From an uncultured Verrucomicrobiae bacterium (GTDB lineage: Bacteria; Verrucomicrobiota; Verrucomicrobiia; Chthoniobacterales; JAFAMB01): a stretch of DNA of 64,000 nt. Positions 55,591 through 64,000 of the stretch are shown in pieces (within the stretch, counting starts at the first letter, position 1; each line of letters starts with the position of its first letter). The notes under the pieces were generated by a model. The model was not told the origin of the DNA, did not search any database, and worked only from the letters and a program-made list of their open reading frames with translations. The stretch is from positions 65,928 through 129,927 of the forward strand of contig CAWBYX010000012.1 in assembly GCA_963793135.1 (NCBI GenBank). The letters are read 5' to 3'. Position numbers and translations under genes: made by a program.

Positions 55591-56324
55591 TGTCAGTGAA
55601 GAAATCAGTCATCTTGTTCGGAACTATGGTCTGTTTGAGTACGGTGATCCATGCGGCACAGCAGAAGCCCGCTTCTGGAGCGAAGCCTGCGGCGGCGGCA
55701 AAATCTCCTGCCTCAAAACAGACTCCTACCCCAGCGAAGGAGCAGTCGAACGATCTACTAGGCGAAAATAACGGCCGTCCACAGGGCCCGACTGAGATTA
55801 CAGCGACACAGGAAGCGCAGTTCGACACCAAGACTCGGAGCGGAATATTCATTGGCAACGTCAAAGTGGTTGACCCTCAATTCACGTTAACCTCGAATCG
55901 ATTGACCGTTCACCTGAACAAGGACGAAGACGGGGGTGGATTAAACGAGGCTGAGGCTCAAGGGAACGTGGTGATCGTTCACATCAATCAGCCCAAGACA
56001 CCGGCGCAAACAGCAGCCGCGTCTAAGCCCGCTGCACGGAGTGTGACAATAGGTCCAACTCCTGCTCCGACACCTGCAACCCCTCAGCAACCCACGACCT
56101 CGGTCGGGAAGGCAGAGAACGCTGTTTACCTGGCAAAAGATGGGACGATTACCTTAACCGGGTGGCCACAAGTCACGCAGGGTCTTAACACGCATATCGC
56201 AACTGCACCCGGCGTGAAAATGGTGATCTACAAAGACGGAAAGATGCAAACCTACGGGAGCACGAGAACGTTGATTGTGGACAGAACCGGTACCAACACC
56301 CCCAATACGAATGGCGCCCAGTAG
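55590..56324 (+). CDS. lptA: LptA/OstA-like periplasmic LPS transport protein
   Basis: Signal peptide; TEITATQEAQFDTKTRSGIFIGNVKVVDPQFTLTSNRLTVHLN...AEAQGNVVIV is the OstA_N pattern; TAATG junction with lptC. Confidence 0.7.
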   Translation: MSVKKSVILFGTMVCLSTVIHAAQQKPASGAKPAAAAKSPASKQTPTPAKEQSNDLLGENNGRPQGPTEITATQEAQFDTKTRSGIFIGNVKVVDPQFTLTSNRLTVHLNKDEDGGGLNEAEAQGNVVIVHINQPKTPAQTAAASKPAARSVTIGPTPAPTPATPQQPTTSVGKAENAVYLAKDGTITLTGWPQVTQGLNTHIATAPGVKMVIYKDGKMQTYGSTRTLIVDRTGTNTPNTNGAQ

Positions 56325-57093
56325 ATTAGAAATTGAGTCCCCTGTCCTGGAAACGAGACGGCGAACTGAAAAGCCGATTCTGCGTACGGATAAACTGGTC
56401 AAGATATACGGCGGCCGGTCGGTGGTGAACGGGATCGATATCCATGTCAACGAAGGTGAGATTGTCGGCTTGCTCGGGCCAAATGGTGCTGGTAAAACGA
56501 CCACCTTCTATCTTATAGTGGGTCTGGTTCGGCCCAATGGTGGCCGAGTTTATTTTCAGGATCGTGACGTGACCGGCTTTGCGATGCATCGGAGAGCCCG
56601 AATGGGTATGGGGTATCTTCCCCAGGAAGAGTCCATCTTCCGAAAACTGACCGTCGAACAGAATATTCTGGCCATCCTGGAGACCCTGCGGATCTCGCGC
56701 CGGGAACGACACCGGCGTTGTGACGAATTACTCCGGCAGTTTGGAATTGAGAACCTTGCCAAAAACCAAGCGTTGACGCTGAGTGGCGGGGAAAAGCGAC
56801 GCCTGACCATCGCACGATCGCTGGTGACTAATCCGAAGCTGATGATGCTGGACGAACCCTTCAGTGGCGTCGATCCGATTGCTGTCTCGGAAATCCAACA
56901 GCATATCTCAAACCTCAGCAAATCGGGCTTGGCAATCTTGATCACCGATCACAACGTTCGCGAGACGTTGGAGATCGTGGACCGCGCTTATCTGATATTT
57001 GATGGAAGAGTTGAGAGCCAGGGGACCCAGGAGTTTCTGATCAATGACCCCATTAGCAGACAACTCTATCTCGGTGAACGCTTTCGAATGTAA
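56311..57093 (+). CDS. lptB: LPS export ABC transporter ATP-binding protein
   Basis: GLLGPNGAGKTTTFY, LSGGEKRRLTIARSL, MLDEPFSGVDP and an LptB-typical C-terminus. ATG at residue 13 of the track ORF. Confidence 0.9.
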   Translation: MAPSRLEIESPVLETRRRTEKPILRTDKLVKIYGGRSVVNGIDIHVNEGEIVGLLGPNGAGKTTTFYLIVGLVRPNGGRVYFQDRDVTGFAMHRRARMGMGYLPQEESIFRKLTVEQNILAILETLRISRRERHRRCDELLRQFGIENLAKNQALTLSGGEKRRLTIARSLVTNPKLMMLDEPFSGVDPIAVSEIQQHISNLSKSGLAILITDHNVRETLEIVDRAYLIFDGRVESQGTQEFLINDPISRQLYLGERFRM

Positions 57094-57236
57094 GTCTAGA
57101 ACCATGTTGTCGGCCGCTTGTTCACGTAGTCCATGCCAGGGAGAGTTCTTCTTGGTTCTACGGGAACGTTTTCTGCTCTATCTCGCTGATAGCAGATTAC
57201 TTAGCGGTCATTAACCCAAAAAGAAAGCGCCCAAAT

Positions 57237-57875
57237 ATGCAGGTACAGAATGCAAACCCACCCATCCAGGTCACCGGGAGGCATGTCAGTGTCACCGAAG
57301 CGATGAAAGAGTATTGCCGACGTCGCTTGGCTTGTCTTCACCTTGATTATCCAAAAATTATCGAGGTACAGATACTTCTGGATGTCCAGAAATACCGCCA
57401 CACGGCGGAGGTGATTTTGCACTGTAGCAACCATATCACGCTCGAGGCCAGTGCTGAGAACGATGATATGTACGTCTCCGTCGATGAGGTGGTGGATAAG
57501 ATCGCCCGACAGATGCGGAAATATAAAACTCGGCTCATGCGGCAGCACCGGCCCCGAAAGCATGCGATTCGACACCTCGAAGAGACTGTGCTGCGGTGGG
57601 AATGGGTGGATGGGGTAGATGGGTTCGACGAGGCATCGGAAACTGGACTCGCTGCCACGGCTAAGTCGGAAGCCCCTGCGAATCTCTCGGAGCCATCTTT
57701 TATTCACAGCGAGAAATATCCCGTGAAACCGATGTTCATCGATGAAGCTGTGTTGCAGATCGAAATGTCGTCCAAGCAGTTTCTTGTCTTTCTGAACGCC
57801 AAAACAGAGAAAGTGAACGTTATTTACCGGCGGAAAAACGGGGATTTTGGGCTAATCGAGCCAACGTTTAACTAA
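57237..57875 (+). CDS. hpf: ribosome hibernation promoting factor, long form
   Basis: N-terminal S30AE domain (IQVTGRHVSVTEAMKEYCRRRL...) and the C-terminal dimerisation domain (KPMFIDEAVLQIEMSSKQFLVFLNAKTEKVNVIYRRKNGDFGLIEP). Confidence 0.9.
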   Translation: MQVQNANPPIQVTGRHVSVTEAMKEYCRRRLACLHLDYPKIIEVQILLDVQKYRHTAEVILHCSNHITLEASAENDDMYVSVDEVVDKIARQMRKYKTRLMRQHRPRKHAIRHLEETVLRWEWVDGVDGFDEASETGLAATAKSEAPANLSEPSFIHSEKYPVKPMFIDEAVLQIEMSSKQFLVFLNAKTEKVNVIYRRKNGDFGLIEPTFN

Positions 57876-57894
57876 GTCGGAGCGAGAAAAGTCT

Positions 57895-57942
57895 GTGCCC
57901 GGGGAACATGGCGTGCCGGTCGCGCTTACCCGGGCACTTTTT
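57895..57942 (+). terminator. Rho-independent terminator downstream of hpf
   Basis: gtgcccggg (57895-57903) pairs with cccgggcac (57929-57937), followed by TTTTT (57938-57942); 20 nt after the hpf stop; the 25-nt loop is long. Confidence 0.6.
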
Positions 57943-58067
57943 GCGTGGAGCCTGCGAGACAATAGCTGGCCGATTCCACACTTTGAAATGGATGCCCCAG
58001 AGAACTTTGCTACTATCTTGCCGGTGAATGCTGACGAGCAACGAAGCAGCCGACCCGGTGCACTGGA

Positions 58068-59024
58068 ATGAGACGAGGGAAGTTACCTTTTATCCCGGTC
58101 GGCGAATTCTACACGCGGCACGCAGACGCGCTTCAGCTCAAACTCGTTGGCCCTGCCCTCGGCTTCGAACGAAAAATTCGCGAACCAACCATCAATCGTC
58201 CTGGCTTGGCTCTCTCCGGATTTTTTACTTACTTCGCGGGTAAACGTATTCAAGTCCTTGGTAATGCCGAGGCAAGCTATTTGAAGAGCTTGCCGGAATC
58301 CGAACAGCAGGCGCGCTGCCAGCAGCTTTGCGAACAACATATCCCCTGTGTCATTGTTTCGCGCCATTTGCCAGTCGCGAAAGCGCTCGCGGATGCCGCT
58401 GCCCGTTTGGAGATAGCCATCTTTCGCACTCCCATGGTCACGATGCGGTTCATCAATGCCGCGACCATTGGTCTGGAAATGGATTTTGCACCCGTTACCA
58501 CCGAGCACGGAAGCATGGTCGACATTATGGGAATTGGAACGATGGTCCGCGGATCGAGCGGGGTAGGAAAGAGCGAGTGCGTTCTTGGGTTGATCGAACG
58601 CGGTTACAGCCTGGTGAGCGATGATGTCACAAGATTCCGCGTCCTGGATGGACGCGAATTGGTCGGAACCGCTCCCGATCTGACGCGTTATCACATGGAA
58701 GTTCGTGGTCTCGGCATCATTAATGTCGCCTCCATCTTTGGGGTGGGTAGTATTCGGATAGAGAAGCGGCTTGATCTGATTGTGACTCTCCGGGACTGGC
58801 AAGAACTTGAAGAGGTTGACAGGATCGGGCTTGAGCAAGAATTTTACGAAATATTGGGGATCCGTATTCCGCACATCACCATTCCAGTCCGGACAGGACG
58901 CGATCTGGCTCGATTGGTGGAAGTTGGGGCGTTGGACCAAAAGCTGAAAAGCCTTGGCCAAAACAGCGCAGTAGAATTTAATCAAAGGTTGTTGAATTTA
59001 ATGCAAACGAGCAAGGAGATGTGA
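58068..59024 (+). CDS. hprK: HPr kinase/phosphorylase
   Basis: Walker A GSSGVGKSECVLGLIERG and the signature LVSDDVT ... MEVRGLGIINV. Confidence 0.9.
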   Translation: MRRGKLPFIPVGEFYTRHADALQLKLVGPALGFERKIREPTINRPGLALSGFFTYFAGKRIQVLGNAEASYLKSLPESEQQARCQQLCEQHIPCVIVSRHLPVAKALADAAARLEIAIFRTPMVTMRFINAATIGLEMDFAPVTTEHGSMVDIMGIGTMVRGSSGVGKSECVLGLIERGYSLVSDDVTRFRVLDGRELVGTAPDLTRYHMEVRGLGIINVASIFGVGSIRIEKRLDLIVTLRDWQELEEVDRIGLEQEFYEILGIRIPHITIPVRTGRDLARLVEVGALDQKLKSLGQNSAVEFNQRLLNLMQTSKEM

Positions 59025-59323
59025 TGAGTTTGTTGGGGAAGCGGCCATCCTCTGGAAAAGTTCAAAAGGAGATCACTATCTTGAACAAGCTGGGCTTGCA
59101 CGCTCGTCCGGCGGCCATGTTCGTTCGCGCAGCCAACAAACACAGAGCCGAAATCTGGGTCGAGAAGGATGGGGAGCAGGTAAACGGAAAGAGTATCATG
59201 GGCCTCATGATGCTCGCAGCCGGCCAAGGGACGAAGCTGATCCTTTCAGCGGAAGGAGTGGACGCCGAGAAGGCCATTCAGGAACTCGAACTGCTGGTCG
59301 AAAAACGGTTCGATGAGGAATAG
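59024..59323 (+). CDS. ptsH: phosphocarrier protein HPr
   Basis: His-15 region LNKLGLHARPAAMF and Ser-46 region NGKSIMGLMML. ATG 59024 (a GTG at 59021 is also possible); overlaps the hprK stop. Confidence 0.85.
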   Translation: MSLLGKRPSSGKVQKEITILNKLGLHARPAAMFVRAANKHRAEIWVEKDGEQVNGKSIMGLMMLAAGQGTKLILSAEGVDAEKAIQELELLVEKRFDEE

Positions 59324-59329
59324 CGCTGA

Positions 59330-61084
59330 ATGAGCGGCCCGGAAGAAAGATTTCAAGGAATCGGAGTTGCGCCAGGGATTGCCCGCGGGGTGGTCTTTCT
59401 TCATCACCCCGATGACGAAGAGCCGCCGAAAAGAAGCGTTGATGAATCTGAGATCGCCCAGGAGATTGTCCGGTTCGAGTCGGCCCTGATCGCCACCCGG
59501 GCGCAGATCCTCGAGATGCAACAACGGATCGCCGAAGCGATCGGAGCAAAGGATGCCAGCATCTTTGATGCGCATCTGCTGGTGGTCGAGGACCGGACGT
59601 TGATCGATGAAGTGCTTCGCAACCTCGAGCGAGAGAAATTCAACGTCGAGTTCATTTTTGCCGAAGTCGCCAATCGGTATGCGCGGACACTCAGTGAAAT
59701 CGATGATCCCTATCTGCGGGAGAGGGCCTTTGACATTCATGACGTGACTCGGCGCGTCGTTCGCAACTTGCTCGGGCGATCAACCAAGACACTTGGTACC
59801 ATCGATCTGCCGCAGGTCGTGGTGGCGCATAATATCACTCCCTCCGATACGGCGACGTTGAATCGTCAATTGGTTCTCGGATTCGCGACGGACGTTGGGA
59901 GCCGAACGTCGCATACCGCAATCATGGCGCGTTCGCTGAATATTCCGGCGGTCGTAGGGTTGAAAGACATTTCGCAACGATTGCGTCCCGGCCAACATGT
60001 TTTGCTGGATGGGACAAATGGCATCGTCATTCTAAACCCGACGGATCAGACCCTTTGGGAATACGGTGAAATCGAAATAAAGCTGGAACACGTCGAGGAA
60101 GTCTTGACGAGTCTGCGCGACACCGTCAGCACGACGGCAGACGGCCGCCACGTCATCCTCTCGGCAAATATCGAACTTCCCGAAGACGTTCCGCTGGTGG
60201 TTGGAGCTGGCGCGGAAGGCATCGGTCTCTACAGAACTGAGTTCTTTTTTCTAAATAAGAGCGATTTACCAAGCGAGGAAGAGCAATACGTCGTCTACCA
60301 GGCGGTAGCGGAGGCCATTCTCCCGCAATCGGTCATCATTCGCACGCTCGACCTGGGCGGCGATAAGTTTCTGAGCCACTCGCACCTGCCGACGGAACTT
60401 AATCCATTTCTGGGATGCCGCGCGATCCGATTCTGTCTCGAACGCCCCGACATTTTCAAGGCCCAGTTGCGAGCGATTCTACGGGTGAGCGCTCTTGGCA
60501 ACGTCCGAATTATGTTTCCGATGATCTCTGGTCTCTCCGAGCTACGGCAGGCCAAAGAAATTCTGGAGACGTGCAAAGCGGAGCTCCGTGCAGAGGGTAA
60601 GCCGTTCCAAGAGGACATTGACGTCGGCATCATGATCGAGGTCCCCAGTGCGGCGTTGGTAGCAGAATCCTTGGCGCGCGAAGTGGCTTTTTTCAGCATT
60701 GGGACCAATGACCTGATCCAGTACACCATTGCGGTGGACCGGGTGAATGAGCGGATCGCTCACTTGTACGAACCGACTCATCCGGCGATCCTTCGGCTGA
60801 TCGAGATGACCGTTTCTGCGGCCCACGCGCAGGGAATCTGGGTGGGTGTCTGCGGCGAGATGGCTGGAGAAATTACCCTGACGCCGCTGCTTTTAGCGCT
60901 CGGTGTGGACGAATTAAGTGTCAGCGCGGGCCTGGTCCCGCGCGTGAAAAAAGCCGTTCAAACTTTAAACACTCAGGAATGCAACCGCTTGCTCGAAGAA
61001 ACCCGGAAATTATCTTCAGCTACCGAGATTTTAACCCTCTGCGAAGAAGTGGCGCGCCGGCATTATGCGGAGCTGCTGAATTAG
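59330..61084 (+). CDS. ptsI: phosphoenolpyruvate-protein phosphotransferase (Enzyme I)
   Basis: Phospho-His region GSRTSHTAIMARSLNIPAVVG, PEP-utilising region GLYRTEFFF, FFSIGTNDLIQYT, CGEMAG. Confidence 0.95.
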   Translation: MSGPEERFQGIGVAPGIARGVVFLHHPDDEEPPKRSVDESEIAQEIVRFESALIATRAQILEMQQRIAEAIGAKDASIFDAHLLVVEDRTLIDEVLRNLEREKFNVEFIFAEVANRYARTLSEIDDPYLRERAFDIHDVTRRVVRNLLGRSTKTLGTIDLPQVVVAHNITPSDTATLNRQLVLGFATDVGSRTSHTAIMARSLNIPAVVGLKDISQRLRPGQHVLLDGTNGIVILNPTDQTLWEYGEIEIKLEHVEEVLTSLRDTVSTTADGRHVILSANIELPEDVPLVVGAGAEGIGLYRTEFFFLNKSDLPSEEEQYVVYQAVAEAILPQSVIIRTLDLGGDKFLSHSHLPTELNPFLGCRAIRFCLERPDIFKAQLRAILRVSALGNVRIMFPMISGLSELRQAKEILETCKAELRAEGKPFQEDIDVGIMIEVPSAALVAESLAREVAFFSIGTNDLIQYTIAVDRVNERIAHLYEPTHPAILRLIEMTVSAAHAQGIWVGVCGEMAGEITLTPLLLALGVDELSVSAGLVPRVKKAVQTLNTQECNRLLEETRKLSSATEILTLCEEVARRHYAELLN

Positions 61085-61145
61085 TGCATCTCTCATAGGT
61101 ATTTTTACATAATGCTCAACGATAAACGGTTGCAGGAGTTTGAAT

Positions 61146-62657
61146 ATGAAGACCGACGTGCTGATTGCCGGAGCGGGCCCTGTGGGACTGACAATGGCCT
61201 CAGAACTGGCGCGCTACGGTTTGTCCGTTCGCCTCATAGACAAAAATGCCGAGCGGACTGACAAATCCAAGGCGCTCGTTCTCTGGGCGCGAACGCTCGA
61301 ACTGATGGAGCGTATGGGCACGGATAGCACCCAGCGCTTCATCGATGCCGGCCTCAAAATTCAGGGGGCCAATATTCTCTCGGGTCGTGAGGAAATCGCC
61401 CACGTTGAAATGACTCACATCGAGTCTCGCTACAATTTCGTGCTCATGATTCCGCAAAGCGAGACGGAACGCCTGCTGGAAGAGCATCTGGAGACGCTCG
61501 GCCTGAAGGCAGAACGCCAGGTGGAATTGAAGCAATTGGAGTCGGGTGCCGATGGGGTATCATGCACTCTCCTCCATTCCGACGGGCGGGAAGAAACCGC
61601 AGAGGCATCGTGGCTGATTGGTTGTGATGGCGCTCACAGCACTGTCCGTCATCAGCTTGGCATGGAATTCCTCGGCAGTACGATGCTAAGCGATTGGATC
61701 CTGGCCGATATTCATCTAAGCGGCGTCGCAGGTGCTCCGGCGATCAATATCTTTTGGCATGCGGAGGGAGTACTGGCCCTTTTTCCGCTGCGGGGAACGC
61801 GATACCGAGTGATCGCCGATATTGGAGAATCGTCAGGCTCCATCGGCGAAGGAAATCGTCCCGCTCCCACGCTGGAGGAAGTTCAGCGAATTCTGGAGGT
61901 GCGCGGTCCCGGCGGAATTCGGGCGAGCGATCCTGTCTGGCTCTCCTCTTTCAGCATCAACGAACGTAAAGTCTCGGACTACCGCTCAGGCCGTATTTTT
62001 CTCGCCGGAGATGCGGCACACGTCCACAGCCCCGCGGGCGGCCAGGGGATGAACACCGGAATGCAGGACGCCATCAATCTTGCGTGGAAACTCGCGCTTG
62101 TCTCGCGGGGTATTTGCGCGCCGGAGCCGTTGCTGAGCAGCTACAGCGCGGAGCGAAGCGCTATTGCCAAACTAGTTCTCGAAGCAACAGGCAAAACCAC
62201 CGTCCTGACCGTGATGAAGGGCGGCATCAAGCAGTCGATTCGTAATCATATCGCCTCGCTGGTTTTTGGTCTTGCACCGGTCAAAAGCGCAATGGCAAAC
62301 ATCCTTTCGGAGATGGCCGTTGGATATCCCGACAGCCCGCTGAATGCGAAATCCGCGCATGTCCATGGCGGCCCGCATCCGGGACAGCGCGCACCAATCC
62401 GTGAGGGCGAGCCAGCGGTAGGTTCGGGAAACACACCGCGCTTTGCGTTGTTCGCCGAAGACACGCCCGCATCGAGATCCCTCCTTTCGAAATACCCGAA
62501 TTTTGTCGAGCCCTTACCGCGTAAACCATACGCCCACGGGGGCATATGGATCGTTCGCCCCGACGGTTATGTGGCCCTGGCCACGAAACACGACGCCTGG
62601 AACGATGTGGACGCGTATCTAAGTCGCCTCACGAAAGCGGCAAGCACCTCCGGTTAG
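61146..62657 (+). CDS. FAD-dependent aromatic-ring monooxygenase (PheA/TfdB family)
   Basis: DVLIAGAGPVGLTMASELARYG, and GRIFLAGDAAHVHSPAGGQGMNTGMQDAINLAWKL. ATG 61146 (AGGAG 8 nt upstream) preferred over TTG 61140. Confidence 0.85.
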   Translation: MKTDVLIAGAGPVGLTMASELARYGLSVRLIDKNAERTDKSKALVLWARTLELMERMGTDSTQRFIDAGLKIQGANILSGREEIAHVEMTHIESRYNFVLMIPQSETERLLEEHLETLGLKAERQVELKQLESGADGVSCTLLHSDGREETAEASWLIGCDGAHSTVRHQLGMEFLGSTMLSDWILADIHLSGVAGAPAINIFWHAEGVLALFPLRGTRYRVIADIGESSGSIGEGNRPAPTLEEVQRILEVRGPGGIRASDPVWLSSFSINERKVSDYRSGRIFLAGDAAHVHSPAGGQGMNTGMQDAINLAWKLALVSRGICAPEPLLSSYSAERSAIAKLVLEATGKTTVLTVMKGGIKQSIRNHIASLVFGLAPVKSAMANILSEMAVGYPDSPLNAKSAHVHGGPHPGQRAPIREGEPAVGSGNTPRFALFAEDTPASRSLLSKYPNFVEPLPRKPYAHGGIWIVRPDGYVALATKHDAWNDVDAYLSRLTKAASTSG

Positions 62658-62750
62658 CGATCATCGCTTTCAGAAGGAGGCCGAACAGGGACTGCGTTCG
62701 GTGACACGGCGGCTTCAACGCGAGAACTGCACCGAATCGGCAAAGCATCG

Positions 62751-62803
62751 CACAGAGGATACGGAGGTCACGGAGGGGAACCAGAGAATGCGAGGATGCG
62801 GCG
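62751..62803. repeat. short array of 8-10-nt units ending in AGG (cacagagg atacggagg tcacggagg ...)
   Basis: Read directly between the monooxygenase stop and the thioesterase stop. The partly similar gtcacggagcaggatgacgcgg occurs at 29407-29428. Confidence 0.5.
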
Positions 62804-62804
62804 A

Positions 62805-63251
62805 TCAAGTCCTCTGCACCGGTTGAATCTCCTTATAATAATTTGTCACCCGCGAGAGGCAAAGCACGCGACCAGACTCTTCGTGGACGATTTCAACCGT
62901 GTGGACTGCTAGCTTGGAAGAGCGACGAACGACACTTGCTTTCGCCAGGATGTGACCGTCGGAGGCGGGTCGGATATGGCTTCCGCTAATTTCAATACCC
63001 ACAGGAACGGAGTGCGACAAATCGAGATCCCAGCAGGCATGCAGACTGGCAGCGGTTTCTGCGAGAACCATGCTGATACCTCCATGCAAGAGACCTGAAG
63101 GTTGGCGGGCCCGATCGGACATCGGCATCCGGAGAAGGATTCGTTCTGCATCAACCGAAATGATCTCGACACCGAGAGCTTCAGGCGCGGTCTTTGGAAG
63201 CAAGGCTCGAAGCTGTTCGACAGAACTAATCCTGGCAGCGGCAGTGGACAT
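62805..63251 (-). CDS. PaaI-family hotdog-fold thioesterase
   Basis: QPSGLLHGGISMVLAETAAS motif. ATG at residue 23 of the track ORF avoids overlap with the upstream gene. Confidence 0.8.
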   Translation of the reverse strand: MSTAAARISSVEQLRALLPKTAPEALGVEIISVDAERILLRMPMSDRARQPSGLLHGGISMVLAETAASLHACWDLDLSHSVPVGIEISGSHIRPASDGHILAKASVVRRSSKLAVHTVEIVHEESGRVLCLSRVTNYYKEIQPVQRT

Positions 63252-63286
63252 AAAAATAAATGACCCATCGATACCAGGTTTTTCAT

Positions 63287-63856
63287 TCAACTCGGGAACG
63301 GGTTTTGCCTTAACCATTCCAGAGTCTCCTCAGCGCTTTTATCGGGCGGAAATATCGGATAAAAAACCTTGGTGATGCGGCCCTCGTCGATAATGAGAGT
63401 TAACCGTTTGATCAGCGTCCTGGAATCAAATTGAAAAGTCGGCAGTTTGAGCGCTCGGACGAGAGACAATTCCCAATCACTCAGTAGGGGAAATGGAAGC
63501 TCGAGCCTCTCGACGGCTTCTTTTTGGTAGTTCGTATCCTGCGTGCTCAATCCAAATAGATGCGATGCGCCCGCGCCCGTTAACGCGCGATACTGATCCC
63601 GGAACCCGCGGGATTGGGGGGTGCAACCCCTCGCCCCTGGGATGGCATCCCAACTATCTGGAATGGGTTGATCGGGTTGTCCGGTCCGAGGATAGCAGTA
63701 GACCACCGTGCGGCCGCGAATCTGCCCTAGATGAACCGGATGACCGTCGGTGGACGCGAGCCATAGTTCCGGCATTCGCATACCAGGAAGGTGATCGCAG
63801 GCGCCGTCATCCTGCGGTACGGGCAAGCCGGTCGGCAAATCCAAACGGTTTGGCAT
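63287..63856 (-). CDS. peroxiredoxin-like (AhpC/TSA / redoxin family) protein
   Basis: VVYCYPRTG...GARGCTPQS (peroxidatic Cys context) and a thioredoxin-fold length. ATG at residue 9 avoids overlap with the Nramp stop. Confidence 0.7.
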   Translation of the reverse strand: MPNRLDLPTGLPVPQDDGACDHLPGMRMPELWLASTDGHPVHLGQIRGRTVVYCYPRTGQPDQPIPDSWDAIPGARGCTPQSRGFRDQYRALTGAGASHLFGLSTQDTNYQKEAVERLELPFPLLSDWELSLVRALKLPTFQFDSRTLIKRLTLIIDEGRITKVFYPIFPPDKSAEETLEWLRQNPFPS

Positions 63857-63866
63857 GAAGGTAAGA

Positions 63867-64000
63867 TCAATGACCCGCAAAAGTCTGCCACAGTAAAATC
63901 GCGTTCAGTACCACGATGATCCCGGCCAATACCCACCCAAAGAGGTTCATCCAGCCCGGATTCACAAATTGGCCCATCTTTAATTTGTCGTTCGTGAACA
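63867..64000 (-). CDS. mntH: Nramp family divalent metal transporter, C-terminal 44 codons only (gene continues beyond the window)
   Basis: Hand translation FTNDKLKMGQFVNPGWMNLFGWVLAGIIVVLNAILLWQTFAGH* matches the Nramp/MntH C-terminus (..MG.fvN......gw........LN..LL). Confidence 0.7.
   Translation of the reverse strand, partial: FTNDKLKMGQFVNPGWMNLFGWVLAGIIVVLNAILLWQTFAGH

Noticed and set aside
57094-57236. Possible missing or degraded rpoN, or a sigma-54 promoter, between lptB and hpf
   Set aside because: The gap is only 143 nt with no ORF remnant. Scanning by eye found no TGGCAC-N5-TTGC element here or upstream of other genes in the window.
58083-58985. 300-aa ORF antisense to hprK (similar long shadows at 30933..31742, 29569..30324, 22005..22673, 42915..43439)
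   Set aside because: Each lies fully inside a confidently identified gene on the other strand, and none resembles a family I recognise. Long antisense frames are expected in GC-rich coding DNA.
1-64000. tRNA, rRNA, transposase, integrase, phage or defence-system genes
   Set aside because: None of the non-coding gaps showed a cloverleaf-like tRNA sequence on visual inspection, and no ORF resembles a mobile-element or known defence protein. Absence of small RNAs cannot be proven without a covariance-model scan.

Overview
This is a gene-dense 64-kb chromosomal segment with about 60 protein genes. I saw no rRNA, tRNA, CRISPR array, transposase or integrase. A PVC-group (Verrucomicrobia-like) origin is a weak inference from a Minf_1886-type protein, DUF1844 and the overall gene content; no search was run.

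Gene content, left to right:
- XRE and LysR regulators, followed by a lower-GC stretch carrying small stress-protein genes (CsbD-like and lmo0937-like, both under 60 aa).
- ADP-ribosylglycohydrolase, an SPFH protein, a transglutaminase-like gene and an orphan sugar-ABC ATPase.
- pdxH, an OGG-type glycosylase, comB, TonB-ExbB-ExbD, def, a GT39 glycosyltransferase, a PlsC-like acyltransferase and an alpha/beta hydrolase.
- A LacI-headed 10-gene minus-strand catabolic cluster: CoA-transferase, two GMC oxidoreductases, crotonase, ALDH, a KdgK-like kinase, a thioesterase and two unknowns.
- A translationally coupled TIM-barrel / RibD_C / SRPBCC / ketosynthase operon.
- glgP, an aldo/keto reductase, dtd, a CPBP protease, thiL-tsaE-tsaB and argG.
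- A sugar ABC importer plus GH127, a TetR regulator, an M16 peptidase, and kdsA-lptC-lptA-lptB-hpf-hprK-ptsH-ptsI.
- An FAD monooxygenase, a thioesterase, a peroxiredoxin and a partial Nramp gene at the right edge.

Two signals stand out:
1. At least nine intergenic loci are built from tandem 7-9-nt sub-repeats. Most are opposed arrays able to form long hairpins. One has a perfect 37-bp stem and one is a GTAG-headed REPIN-like pair.
2. Six genes are each broken by exactly one frame change, four of them at 4-5-nt homopolymers. This looks more like base-calling indels than real gene decay.

All calls come from reading the sequence and the ORF track. Family assignments rest on remembered family signatures.
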